A stretch of 64,000 nt of DNA. It comes from Cenococcum geophilum. Taxonomy: Eukaryota. Under the pieces are notes generated by a model. It was not told the DNA's origin. It did no database searches and was given only the letters and a program-made list of their open reading frames with translations. Where the stretch lies: positions 5,704,001 to 5,768,000 of the forward strand of contig CP158635.1 of the NCBI GenBank assembly GCA_050273025.1, read 5' to 3'. Of the stretch, positions 13,779-25,976 are shown in pieces. How positions within the stretch are numbered: the first letter of the stretch is position 1; each line of letters opens with the position of its first letter. Made by a program: the position numbers and the translations under genes.

Positions 13779-16700
13779 CTTTATAGTATCCCTAATTGCG
13801 CCTCATTATAACCTTTGTTTTTTCATAGTCTATTATTTTTATTTTCCTAGTATAATTACAACCTGGCGCAACTAATAACACCATACTATAAGTCCTAAAC
13901 AACCCTAACACAGTTATAAATAATCTTAGTACTATAGCTAGCCCTATAGACTTTAATTGCCTTATATAGATCCCTTAAAATAGGCGACTATAATATAGAT
14001 AATACCCCGTTAACAAATACACGTAAAGTACTCGCCTACCTTTTTAATACCTTCTATACCTATATTGCCTGGGCAATTAGGAGTAGCCTAGAGTACCCTA
14101 AAAACCTTAATATAGTAGGAACCTTCTAGCACTTCTTTATATATATAACTTTCCTAACTAGCGTTAAGAGCGGTCTCTAAGCCGTTTATAATAAAGGCTA
14201 AACTATAAAGTCCTAACTTAAAGAAGCCTAGCATAGAATTAACTCCCTTAAGACACTTAAACTATATATATAATAATATAAACAATAAGCCTTTATAAAC
14301 ACTCAGACTATATAAAGTCTAAGCCTTTAGATTACTATACTTACCCAGACTATTACCGACAAGAATACCGCTATTAGCTCTCCTTTTCTAACTAAGCCCT
14401 ATAAAAAAAAGCTAAAGTAAAAGATTTAACCCCATTTAATAGCAAGGGATTACTAACTAAAAAGTAAGAAAACTTTAAAATATGGGAAATAAAGATCTAA
14501 GGCGCTTTTTAAAGGGATATAAAGTGCTTTAAGACCCTAATAGACAAAGTCCTCTATATATTAGACATACTAATAGATAAGGCTTATAACTATGTTAAGT
14601 ATAGCCTTAATATGCTACGCATACACCTAAATAACTTAAGTAAATAGACCTTCTCTAACTAAGAGTCTATATTTATATATATAAGGAAGCACTATAAGAC
14701 TATAGATATAACCTAAGTAGCTAAAAATAAGCTAAATACCTTAAGCTAAGGTAAGTATAACTACTAGTCCTAAAAAGCAGAGCTTAATAAGTTAATAATT
14801 AAAACAAATAAGACTAAGGAACAAAAAGTGGATCTACTTAAGAAGAATATTTCCTCTAAGATAAAGGACTTAGCCTTTACCCTTAGCTGCAAGATCGGTA
14901 ATACTAACTATAAAGGCTAGAGTGAGTAGATAAATATATTCGCTTATAACTTATAGAACTATACCCACTATACTAAGCTAAATACCGCTAAGCTAAGTAC
15001 CGCTAGCAGCTATTAACCTATATTATAGTAGAATAACCTAACAAACCTTAACGCCGTTAAGTTCGGCAGTGGTAGTAATAGTCTCCCTAATAATATTTAA
15101 AGATATTATGTAGATAATAAACTCTATATAGCGTGTAGTTAACCTAGCTACTAGAAAGATACTTATAACCCCTAAAAAAACCTAAATCCCCTTCTAATAC
15201 TACCATGCTAACCCCCTTCTGGCCACGGCAGATTTTTTAATGAAGGGGATAGTAATTAAGGTAGTAACTATAGATAAGGATATAGATTTGGATATAAAAA
15301 CCCACCCCTATAATTTCTTTCCCTAATACAGTCTTAGCTAATAGTCCCGTATATAAACTATAGATAAATACTCTATACTACTACTAATTATAAGACCAGC
15401 TATATTATTAATAAAGTACCCTCTAGCATATATACACCGTTAAAGACTAATATATTAGGATATACCAGCTAAGACCACAGCCACTATCCAAGCCCTATAA
15501 TTTAGTTATTAAAAGGCTAACCCTTAGACTAAGTCGCCTTTAAGGGTTAAAACTATACGGGGAGAAGGATAAAAGGATTAGATTTATACTACTAGATTAG
15601 TTAAACCTTATTTTAAGCTAGCTATTACTTAATCTTAGAATAGTAAATAGCAATAGGAATACCATCCTTATTTAGACCTACCTCTCCTTACTATAGAACC
15701 TACTCCTATAAGGTCTTATTAAAACAGGAAGCCTTATTAACACTAGTAATATAGCACTAGCATTTATAGATAAAGACTAGCTTATAAAAAAGCATAATAT
15801 TATAATAAAAAGACTCCTAGTCCTAAAACTACTCCGCCTTACTAATAGACTCCCATCCAGGTTTATTACCCACTACTTTATAGTAATAATAATAATTAGC
15901 CACTATATAGAATCTATGCTCTTCTACGTTATAAAGTTATTACCCTCTATACTAGTAATTCTTAGAATACCCTAGCTTAAAAAGTATAACCTAAGGATAG
16001 ACTTTCCCGCCCTAGAGCTTAAGTTTAACTCTAATTACTATGCCTATAACTATCTTCTATAGCATATTCCTAACTATAACCGAGTAGCACTACGCAGACG
16101 CATTACACGGCCAACGCTTAAATACCGTCAGCTAATAGTAGAAGAGGTGCCTAATACTAGTAAGCTAATATACGTAGTAAACCAAGCAAACATTTTAGAA
16201 GACTAGATTACTGCTTTATCCCCTAAAAAATAAACACTACTAGAACTATAAGTCCCCTATATATACCCGCTTAACCTAAGTTAGCTAATAAGATACCTAA
16301 CTTTAAGTTATTTACTATACACATATACAACTGCACGTATAATAACTAAGGGCGTTATAGCTAAGACTAAAACTAGAATAATTAAGACCTCCCCCCTATA
16401 ACGCCCAACCTTATACCTGTCCCCCGCGCGTACTATATAGGGCCGCCGCCTTATTTCCGCCCCCCTAGGCCGACTAAGCTATACTAGCCTAGCTATAACA
16501 CTAGAGAACCAAATACGCCCTAACCTAGACAATATTAGATATACTTATGCCGTAAATTTTACCTAGTTCTATAAACAAAAAGATATAAAGGTAATAAGGA
16601 TTTATATATAGCGGAGCTAGTAAAACTAGTTAAGTAAAAAGAGCATTAATAGCTGCTTAAAGAGCTGCCTATAGACCTAATAGAAGTACTAAACCTATTA

Positions 16701-17196
16701 AAAAGGTCTTTCTACTAGCTAGTAAAAGGCAACTATATAATAAATAAAGCCTGTAAAGCGCTACCCCCTTATTTTTATAACTTTCTTAAAACAAACCTAA
16801 AAATAAAGTCTAAGTTTCTACGCCAAAAGATAGTCAATACTAATATTAAGAAATTTTTAAAAGGTAAACTAGAATTAACCTGCGAAGATATTTTATAACG
16901 CTTACTAAAAGAGTTTCGCGAATATATTAAATACTTCCTCCTTAAAAATATAGATAAGCTACCCCCCTACCAACTATAGAACTATAAAGTTAAGATTATA
17001 CCCAGAAAGTAGGCCCTATATTATAAAAATAGACTACTTTTACCCACTAAACTTAGTTATATAAAGAAGTGGATTAATAAGATACTAGGTAAGGGTTTTA
17101 TCCGCAAATTAACCTTACTAACCGCCGTATTACTCCTTCTTACTATAAAACCTAGCGGCGGTATATAAATCTACTATAACTACTAAGGTCTAAATA

Positions 17197-18125
17197 ATAG
17201 ATTTAATTTACCGTCCGACCTAGTCCCCCTAATGGGTCCACACAGACTAATTCCTATGGGAAAAAACCTCCTTATCTAAGAAAAACCCCTTTTTTTTTTA
17301 GGTGTATAAAAAACCTCTAGGGGAAACGTAAGAGGTAATACTTCCAGATAGCATCCGTACTACATTAACGAGAGAAAAAACACCGTTAGGTTACTGCTCT
17401 GAGACTCTATAAAAGTGTCCAAAATGCCTATCTTGCCCCGTCTGCCACTTAAACCATTTTTACTATATCTATATATTGCCTATATAAAGTCGTGTACCTA
17501 TCCCTAGCTCCTTTTCCAAGTCTCCTATAAATATCTCCTAATAATAACGCTTACGCTCCGCCTGGGCCTATATGCTAAGGTCTCTTATCTATTCCTTTAT
17601 TAAAAGGTTTCTATAATAGGGTGTATATAACTTAGTATTGCTTTTGCCCTAGGGCCTAAACCTAGGCCCTTATACCTATTTATAAGGTATAGAAGGACGC
17701 TCTAAATAGGGGGGACCAGTCCCTATAACTAGATACCTAGGTTACTAGGTAATGTTAAAATAGGGGGCCTCTGCTACACTTAGGGCGCGGATTGTTTACG
17801 TATGTGTATAGTTGCTATACGGTATATATAGTATTTATAGGAGGGAGGGGGTACGCTAGAGGGATAATTGCTTGTCAATTCGAATGACCAAATGCGTACG
17901 ATAGACGTGGTAGCTGTGTTTAAACTTTTTGCTAGGGCTTACCCCCTAGTGAAAAAATTTCACACCACTACCACCACGTCGCTGCGTAGGCGCTGCGTAG
18001 CCGTATATACGTCTTTGCGTTTACTTTAGTAGTCTATTAACACGATCTAAATAGAACATTAATAGTAGCTGCTAGGTTCCTGGGCTTTACCGCGTGGAGG
18101 TATAAAGGCCGATTTTATCGAGCCC
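17197..18125 (-). mobile_element. Non-autonomous non-LTR retroposon D, copy D1
   Basis: 12-bp TSD aaggtctaaata (17185-17196 / 18126-18137); colinear with D2 over its whole length. Confidence 0.92.
18013..18125 (-). ncRNA. HDV-like ribozyme fold at the 5' end of D1 (mutated)
   Basis: P1 GGGCTC/(G>A)AGCCC, P3 ACC/GGT, loop TCCACGC, P2 CTTT/AAAG, long P4. The putative catalytic C reads T. Confidence 0.72.
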
Positions 18126-19863
18126 AAGGTCTAAATATAGTTACTATTAAAAATTAGTATCTGTTGCTACTAGTTTACAAGATACTTAACGCACTCTATA
18201 GTACTAAGTACTTTACTAAGCTTAATATAATTACTATATTTAATTAAATCCGGATTACAGAAGGCTATAAATAGCTTATAGCATTTATTACTCAGTTTAG
18301 GCTCTATAAAATATTAGTTACACTATTTAGTCTCTATAACGCACCTGCTATATTTTAAAACTATATTAACTATATTCTACATAACACCCTTAATAACTAC
18401 TGCACTACGTATCTTAATAATATCCTTATCTTCTTAAAAATACGCGCTAAGCATATAAAATATATAAATAAAATTATCCAGAGACTTGGTAATACTGGAC
18501 TCTAAATTAATATTAATAAGTTTAAGTTTTATGCTACTAAAATAAAATACCTTAGCTTAATTATCTTAACTAACGGCATAACTATAAACCCTAAGAAGGT
18601 GCAGGCCTTACAGGAATAGAAGGACCCAACGTTAGTTAAGAAACTATAGCAATTTCTTAGCTTTATAAACTTCTACTAATAATTTATCTAAGGCTACTCT
18701 AAGGTAGTTAAGCCTATAACTAGGCTACTAAAGAAGAGCATTAGCTAGTTATAGGGCCTTAACTAAATATAGGCGTTTCAGACCATAAAAATAGCGTTTA
18801 CTATAGCACTGGTCCTAGTATATTATAACTATATAAAGAAGACTATAGTAGAGACAGACGCCTAAAACTAGGCTTTAGATAGAGTGCTCTATTAAGCTAA
18901 TAAAAGTAATAAGCTTAAGCTAGTTACATTATTCTCTACTAAGCACTTAGCCTTTAAATATAACTATAAAATATACAATAAGGAGCTCCTAGCAATTATT
19001 AAGGCACTAAAAAAATAGCGCCCTAAACTGTAAGGAACTAAGCAGCTATTTAAAATTATTACGGACTATAAAAACCTCTAGACCTTTATAATAATAAAAC
19101 AATTAAACCAGCGCTAAGTCCGCTAGGCTAAGTCCGCTAGGCTAAGTTCCTTTCCCAATTTAACTTTATTATTACCTATAGGCTAGCACTAAAGCTATAA
19201 TCCTAAACGCTCTTAGCCGCCTCCTAGGCATTATACCTACTAATACTAATAATAAATGTCTATAACACCAAGACCGCGTTATCTTACCACTAAAGAAAGT
19301 TAACCCTACTATCTTAAAAGAGCTACTAAGCAAATCCCAAAACTAGAGCATTAAAGACTTTATCGCAGTAATAGACCTAAAGCCTAAGAAAAAAACCCTT
19401 AAGGAGCTTATTAAGAATGCCTATATAAAAAATAAACTCGCTAGGAATATATTAGCTGCGCTATATAAATAGAAAGACTATAAAGTATGCCGTTAGCCTA
19501 AGCAGATTAGGAAGCTACTCCGCTATAACAAATCTAAATATTTAATTATTGACGGCCTAATCTAGTATAAGAATTAAGTATTTATCCCTAATTTACTTAA
19601 ACTCTAACTAGAAGTTATATACCGTATATATAGTTTAGGCCCTATAGGTCACCTAGGCCGCATTAAGACACTAAACCTCCTTAATTAAATATATTAGTAG
19701 CTAGGTATTTTATAGTTTACGGCTACCTTTATAAGAGACTGCGCTCTCTACTTCTATATAAAGACCCTATATTTAGTACCGCCTAGTTTCCTAAAACTAC
19801 TAGAACTACTAGTCCGCCCACAAACTAATATCTCTATTAATTATATTATTAACCTACCTAAGT

Positions 19864-20794
19864 TCTATTGGGTCCCTAGCCACCTAAAAATCTACGGAAA
19901 TAAAATAGCAGATAAACTAGCTAAAAAGGGCCTCTCTAGAAGAAAAATATAATCTTCTTATTCTTCTCTAGCCTACCTAGGGAAATGAGCAAGAGAAAAG
20001 ATACTAGAATAGTAGAAAAACAATTAGCAACAGAATAAAAGCAAAGGAAAACACTATACTAGAATCTATAAAGAAAACTACCCTTTTTCTTTTAAAGCCA
20101 CTAAGGATAAATATCCTAAAAAGCTATAATCAGCTTTCTTTCAACTAAAACTAGGAAAAGGCTTCTTTAAATCCTTCTCTAAAACAATAGGGAAGGATAA
20201 AGAAGGTAGATACTTTAAGGACTATACCGCGGTACAAACCCCTACGCACCTCTTACTAGAATGCAGACTACATTGGGAAGATAGAAAGGAAATACAAAGA
20301 CAAATAGGCTCTTCTCTCTTCTTAGAGAAGCTTTTTTGTACAAAGAAAGGAAGAAGGGCGCTTTTTCTATTCTTAAGTAGGACAAAAATAGCTACTAGGA
20401 AGTGGCTAAGAGCAGAAAGATCTCTAGAAGGAGGCAACTCCTACTAAAGTCCTAGTAGATAGACTATAGAAAGTAAAAGGACAGAAATAAACTATAAAAA
20501 GGACAGGGACAGGCGTTAGGATTATTTATAATTTTATTCCAATTTTCTCTACTATTTTCCTATCGTTTCCTTATTACCTAATAGATATTAGCAACCTAGT
20601 ATTTTACTAGGAAGCTGTAAATCCCTAGTTTAGGGATTTATAAACTACTAGGACATAGCTACTAGTATATATTAAGCTGCCTAGAAAGGATTCATGTATA
20701 TAGAACTATGGCGCCATAGCCTAGAGACTGCATGCGTAGTATTGTACGTAGTATAATACAACGGATATAAAAAATATAAAAAAAATATAAAAAA
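19864..20794 (+). mobile_element. 5'-truncated LINE L2 (RNase H end, CCHC knuckle, 3' UTR, A-rich tail)
   Basis: 14-bp TSD taacctacctaagt (19850-19863 / 20795-20808), YWVPSH..IYGNEIADKLAK motif, C...C....QTPTHLLLEC, tail of three TATA-oligoA units. Confidence 0.92.
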
Positions 20795-22224
20795 TAACCT
20801 ACCTAAGTGCCTTATAACGGCAAAATATACAAATATATCTTTGTTATTGTTAACCGCCTAATAAAGATAAAATACTTTATTCCTATTACTAGCCTAAATA
20901 CTAAGAAGCTCGTTAAAATATTTATCTATACTATTTATAAGTTATATAGCGCTCTAAATACGATTATTTCTAATAGAGGCTCTTTATTTATTTCTAACTT
21001 CTAGCGTTACCTAAACTAGCGCCTAAAAGTAACCCTAAGCCCTAGCTCCGCATAGCACCCTAAAATAAATAATTAAACTAAGATTATTAATACAGTAATA
21101 AATAAGTACCTATACGCCTTTATAAGCTTCACCTAAGCTAACTAGGTAGATTAGCTCCCCCTTATTAAGTTTACTATAAATAACTAGGTTAATAAGACTA
21201 TAAAAATCTTACTATTCTTTACCAACTATAGCTATAACCTACGCCTAGGTATTAAACTAGTAGGCCCCTAGCTATTAGCCCTATCTATATATATAAAGAA
21301 GGAGTACCTATAAGCTAATACTATTGCTAATTACTTTAAGCACATCTTAACCTAACTTAAAGCCCTAGCTTATATCTCCTAGCAACGCTATAAAGATAAT
21401 ACTAATATAAAATAAGATAAAGGTATAATATTTAAAAAGGATAATATAGTTATAGTTAGTTTTAAAAATATAAAGACTAACTAGCCTAAGAGGAAGTGGG
21501 ATAATAATTAGGACGGACCCTAGCCCGTTTTAGCTGCCTATAAAGAAGTAGTTATAGTTAACCTCCTAAACTATATCTATATTAATAAGTCTTTCTATAC
21601 TTTAAAAGTCCGCCTCTAGTTCCCTAAAGAGATCTCTAGTTAAGTATATATTAATAAAGAGGAACGTTATAATATTATAGGTAGGATAGCCAAAAGGGAT
21701 AACAACGGCAATATTACGGATAAGTGAGAATTTAAAAAGATCCTTAATATATATAATAAACAAATAGACAAGCACGGCTTAATATATTATATTAAGTGGA
21801 AGTATTATAATAAGGAAACCTAGGAACCTAAAAAATCCTTAAAAGGGTGCGAGTGCGTACTACTAAAGTTTTATAAATAATACCTTAAGAAGCTAGGACC
21901 TCTAGACTAGGTATAAGATAAGGGAGAGTTACGCTAAAACCGTAGCCAACCACGAAGATAATTTATAGTAGTTAAGATCTTATAAAACTTTAACCGCTGG
22001 TTAAAGTTGTCTAATTAGTTAGTTTTTTGCTAAAAAGCGCTATATAGCGGCGGTATAGAGTTCTGCTAATTTTATCCGTTAAACTAACTAATTAGGATTT
22101 TCTATACCCGGTATAAAAAACCGCTATTAACTTAGTTAAGAGCGGTAAGTAAAAGTAATATCTTTATAGTAAAAACAAGTTACTTATTTAGTTTAGGGAC
22201 TAAACCTTTTAAGAAAGGGAGTAC

Positions 22225-22420
22225 TGTTACGGCACTAACTTAACGCATACTATTTTATACTGTCTCGTACTGTCTTATACTATTTCCTACTATTAGCTAG
22301 CCTACTTCTAGCGCCTTAGCGGCTGGCCCTACTATTTATATACAATACCCCCTTTTACCTTCTTCTCCTCTTTATACCACAACGTAGTTATTTAGTCTAC
22401 TTTATTATAGCACTATAACA
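22225..22420 (+). repeat. C 3' LTR
   Basis: TGTTACGG...TAACA; repeat of 13583-13778. Confidence 0.94.
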
Positions 22421-24354
22421 AAAAAGGAATAGGAGGGTATATAATCCGTACTATCCGTAATAGTTATTAGTTTTGTTATCTTTTTTGCAGGTTTTTAGTT
22501 TTCTTTTTTAGGAGAAGACTAAGGATGTCTTCTTTTTTCTCCTGCCCTAATTGGGCTAGGAGAAAGAGAAGGGGGAGAATAAGTAGATGTAGAACCTTCA
22601 TTACTTATTTCTATAGGAGGTTTTTTTTTAGACCTATTAGGCCTTAGCATTTTGTATCTTATATAGGGGTTCCTAGTTTTTACTATCCTTATACCCTTTC
22701 TCCTAACTAATCCTACTAGAAGATTTCTGAGGAGATTAGGCTAAAAGGTAGTAGAAAATCTAGCCTCTATATTTCGTGGTTTTAGTATTTAGTTTTAGTG
22801 TTTATGTCCGTGCCTCGCTTACAAGCTAGGACCACCCCTAAGAAGAATTTTCTGTTGGGGGAAAGGGGGTAAAACAACAAATAAATCCACCTCTAGCTCG
22901 CTAGGCAGTAGGAATTAAGTCTTAAAAGTTGGAAAATCGATTGTTTTTGATGGTAAGATGGGTATGCGTAAGTTTTGAAGTGTGGTGCTACCTTTTAGTA
23001 AGGTTGCATATGCGGTAAAGGTTCTAGTAGAAGTTTAAAAGTTAGGCAACTTAATACTTTAACTAGAAAGATTCCTTACAGAAGAATACCTAGATAAATA
23101 ATAGTGGTAGGAGTATCTAGAGAATATATATTTATAGTATATAAAGAAAAAGAAATAAACTAAGTATAATTAAGATCTAATAGCTAATAGTTAGTAAAAG
23201 GGGAGGCCTATAGGACTAGAGGGAGCTAGTAGTAGAGCCTTAGACCCTTAAAGGAATTATAGAACAACACCTAAATTTATAAGTTAATTAGTGGGATTAA
23301 AAGTTTAAAGCGCTAGTAGATAGTAGAGCGATAAGAAACTATATATTACTAGTAGCAGTTAAAAGGATAGGGTTACTATATAGGAAAAAAATACCTATAT
23401 CTGTTAATAATAATTTTAGGAGATCTAATAGCCTATAGAGAAGGCATTATTAATTTCAAAATAGGACCTATTTAGATAACTATTAAAGGGAGACAAGTTA
23501 AAATGTCTTTTAATATCCTACTATTAGGGAAGGACAAGACGATACTAAAAATACCTTAGTTATAGAAATACAATCTAAGGATTAATTGGGTTATAGGTTA
23601 GGTTAGTATTAGAAATACTTAATAACGCAAAATATAATAAGCTACTAAGATAGTATAATACTAAGTTAAAGCAATATACAAAGAGACTAAGTAAGGCTTA
23701 AGTTATATACTAAGGAGATACTATAGGTATAGTAAAAAGCTATAGAGCCTAGAAAGTAAAAAGCTGTTAGAATATACAGTATAGAACTATAAAATAGAAT
23801 TAGAACTAGAAATAAGTTTAAGATTCTTTCCAATCTATAAGCTTACTAAAACTAAGTTAGTGGCACTTAAGGAGTTTATTTAGGAAAACTTATAAAAGGG
23901 ATATATTAGACCGTTATAGTTATTAGCGAGATATCTAGTATTATTTATACCTAAGAAAAACGGAAAACTTAGGATGTATATTAACTATAGGCAGTTAAAC
24001 AGTATTACTAGAAAAGATAGGTATCCTTTACCCTTAATTAGTAAAATCTAAGATAGAATTAGCAATACGCAAATCTTTATAAAGATAGATCTAAATAGGC
24101 GTACTATTAGATTACAATTAAGGAAGGCAATAAATAAAAGGCAACCTTTAGGTTAAAGGAAGGACTACACAAGCTATTAGTTATATAATTCAGACTTATA
24201 AATATACTAGTAACGTTTTAAAAGCAAATTAATAGTGTATTAGGAGAACACCTAGATAAATTTATTATAGTATACCTTAACAATATTATTATCTACTCAA
24301 TAAGCGAGGAAGAACACGAGGAATATATTAAATAGGTCTTAAAGAGACTATAAG

Positions 24355-24862
24355 TGTAACGGAACCTTATAGGAGATACTATAGTAGATTTATTAATAGG
24401 CTAGGTGTATAGGTAAATAAGAAGGTAACAACGTAATAATAACTAGTGGAGTGGTTGCCTAATAGATTAACTCTAATTATATTCTAAGATTTACTATAAG
24501 GAGAGAACTATTTATAGTAGGGACTAAGGTCCTTTAAATACACAACCGTACTTCTAAGAAATCCTCCTTATATATAAGGTACATGTGCTTTGTCTACTCT
24601 ATTATAGATTATATAGATTATATTACGTAACTTATTTACTATTTCTTATTATTGTAACGTGGCCCGCCTCCACGTCGCCATACGGCCAAAAAGACTGAGA
24701 GTGCTTGCGAACTTGTCGCAAGCGCGGCGGGACCTAATATATATACTCTTACAATTATATAGTTCTACGGGTTTTATCCTAAACCGTGCCTATATTAACC
24801 AACTAGCTTATTTTAACTCTTCCCTAAGTAGTTATAATATTATACTTAAAGCGTCCGTAATA
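24355..24862 (-). repeat. B3 3' LTR with a 101-bp insertion
   Basis: Matches 38674-39093; the PPT complement ctatctccctcctc follows. Confidence 0.92.
24653..24753. mobile_element. 101-bp solo-LTR-like mini element
   Basis: TGTAA...TTACA ends, TSD ATTAT on both sides, absent from the sister LTR (~38985-38989). Confidence 0.85.
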
Positions 24863-25036
24863 CTATCTCCCTCCTCTTTATCTTTATTCTTAAAGATTTC
24901 TAATATCTCTAAGTTATCTACTAGAGGTATAATGTCCGTCTAATTAATTTAGTTAATATCTTTACTTATTATACCTAAAGCCTCTTCTTCTTCTTCTACT
25001 GCTTAACGTGCTTATACTATAACTACTATAGTATTA

Positions 25037-25976
25037 TAAGATTTAATTTACCGTCCGACCTGGTCCCCCTAATGGGTCCACATAGACTAATTCCTATGGG
25101 AAAAAACCTCCTTATTTATAGAGAAAACCCCCATTTTTTGGGTGAACAAAAAACCTCCAGGGGAGACGTGAGAGGTAATACTTCTAGATAGCATCCGTAC
25201 TATATTAACGGGAGGAAAAACACCGTCAGGTTACTGCTCCGAGACTTTCCCCTTACGCGGGAAAGTGTCTAAAATGCCTGTCTCGCCCCGTCTACCACTT
25301 AAACCAATTTACCACGCTTATATATTGCCTATATAAAGTCGTGTGCCTGTCCCTAGCTCCTTTTCCAAGTCTCCTGTAAATATCTCCTAATAATGACGCT
25401 TGCGCTCCGCCTGGGCCTGCATACTAAGGTCTCTTATCCATTCCTCTATTAAAAGGTTTCTACAACGGGTATATATAACTTGGTATTGCTTAAGCCCTAG
25501 GGCCCAAACCTAGGCCCTTGCACCTATTTGTGAGGTATAGGAGAACGCTCTAGTATTTAATAGGGGGGACTAGTCCCTATAACTAGATACCCAGGTTACC
25601 AGGTAATATTAAAATAGGGGGCCTCTGCTACGCTTAGGGCGCGGATTATTCGCGTATATGTGGGTGCTGCGCGGTGTATATAGTATTCGTAGGAGGGAGG
25701 GGGTACGCCGGAGGGATAATTGCTTGTCGATTCGAATGACCGAACGTATACGATAAACGTAGTAGCTGTGTTCAAACTTTTGCTGGGGCTCACCCCCTAG
25801 TGAAAAATTTTCACACTACCACCACCACGTCGCTGCGCAGGCGCTGCGCAGCCGTACACACGTCTCTGCGTTTGCTCTGGTAGTCTATTAATACGATCTA
25901 AATGGAACATCAATAGTAGCTGCTAGGTTCCTGGGCTCCACCGCGTGAAGGTACAGAGGCCGATTTCGTCGAGCCC
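25037..25976 (-). mobile_element. Non-autonomous non-LTR retroposon D, copy D2
   Basis: 14-bp TSD ctactatagtatta (25023-25036 / 25977-25990); same 5' terminus as D1. Confidence 0.93.
25864..25976 (-). ncRNA. HDV-like ribozyme fold at the 5' end of D2
   Basis: P1 GGGCTC/GAGCCC, P2 CTCTGT/GCAGAG, P3 ACC/GGT, L3 TTCACGC, ~16-bp imperfect P4, J4/2 AG-C-AAA, in nested double-pseudoknot order. Confidence 0.78.

Larger units (their letters stand above)
13950..21960 (+). pseudogene. RIP-degraded gag-pol of C
   Basis: Knuckle relic ~15125, protease ~15735, RT 16900-18700 (DYRGLN.VT.KNRYPLP split by D1), RNase H 18840-19220, integrase 19600-21250, chromodomain ~21720-21900. A 14-bp tandem duplication lies at 19112-19147. 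Confidence 0.85.
13583..22420 (+). mobile_element. Full-length Ty3/Gypsy chromovirus family C, carrying D1 and L2 insertions
   Basis: 196-bp LTRs at 13583-13778 and 22225-22420, TSD GAAAA/AAAAA, PPT aagaaagggag. Confidence 0.94.
12746..23050 (-). mobile_element. Tad1-like LINE L1, 5' UTR and ORF1 (pieces 22421-23050 and 12746-13582; interrupted by C and A1)
   Basis: ATG at 22650 on the minus strand with an A-rich sense strand. De-RIP WVQIVAHGVPT...LLKEEIETFNP..PRW at ~12780-12910 resembles fungal LINE ORF1. Confidence 0.72.

Noticed and set aside
22990..23051. Ribozyme at the 5' end of LINE L1 (gttgc/gcaac inverted repeat)
   Set aside because: Only a P1-like stem is present; I could not assign P2, P3 or J4/2.
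25900..25976. tRNA-derived SINE head for D
   Set aside because: No cloverleaf or convincing A/B boxes; the pairing fits an HDV-type pseudoknot better.
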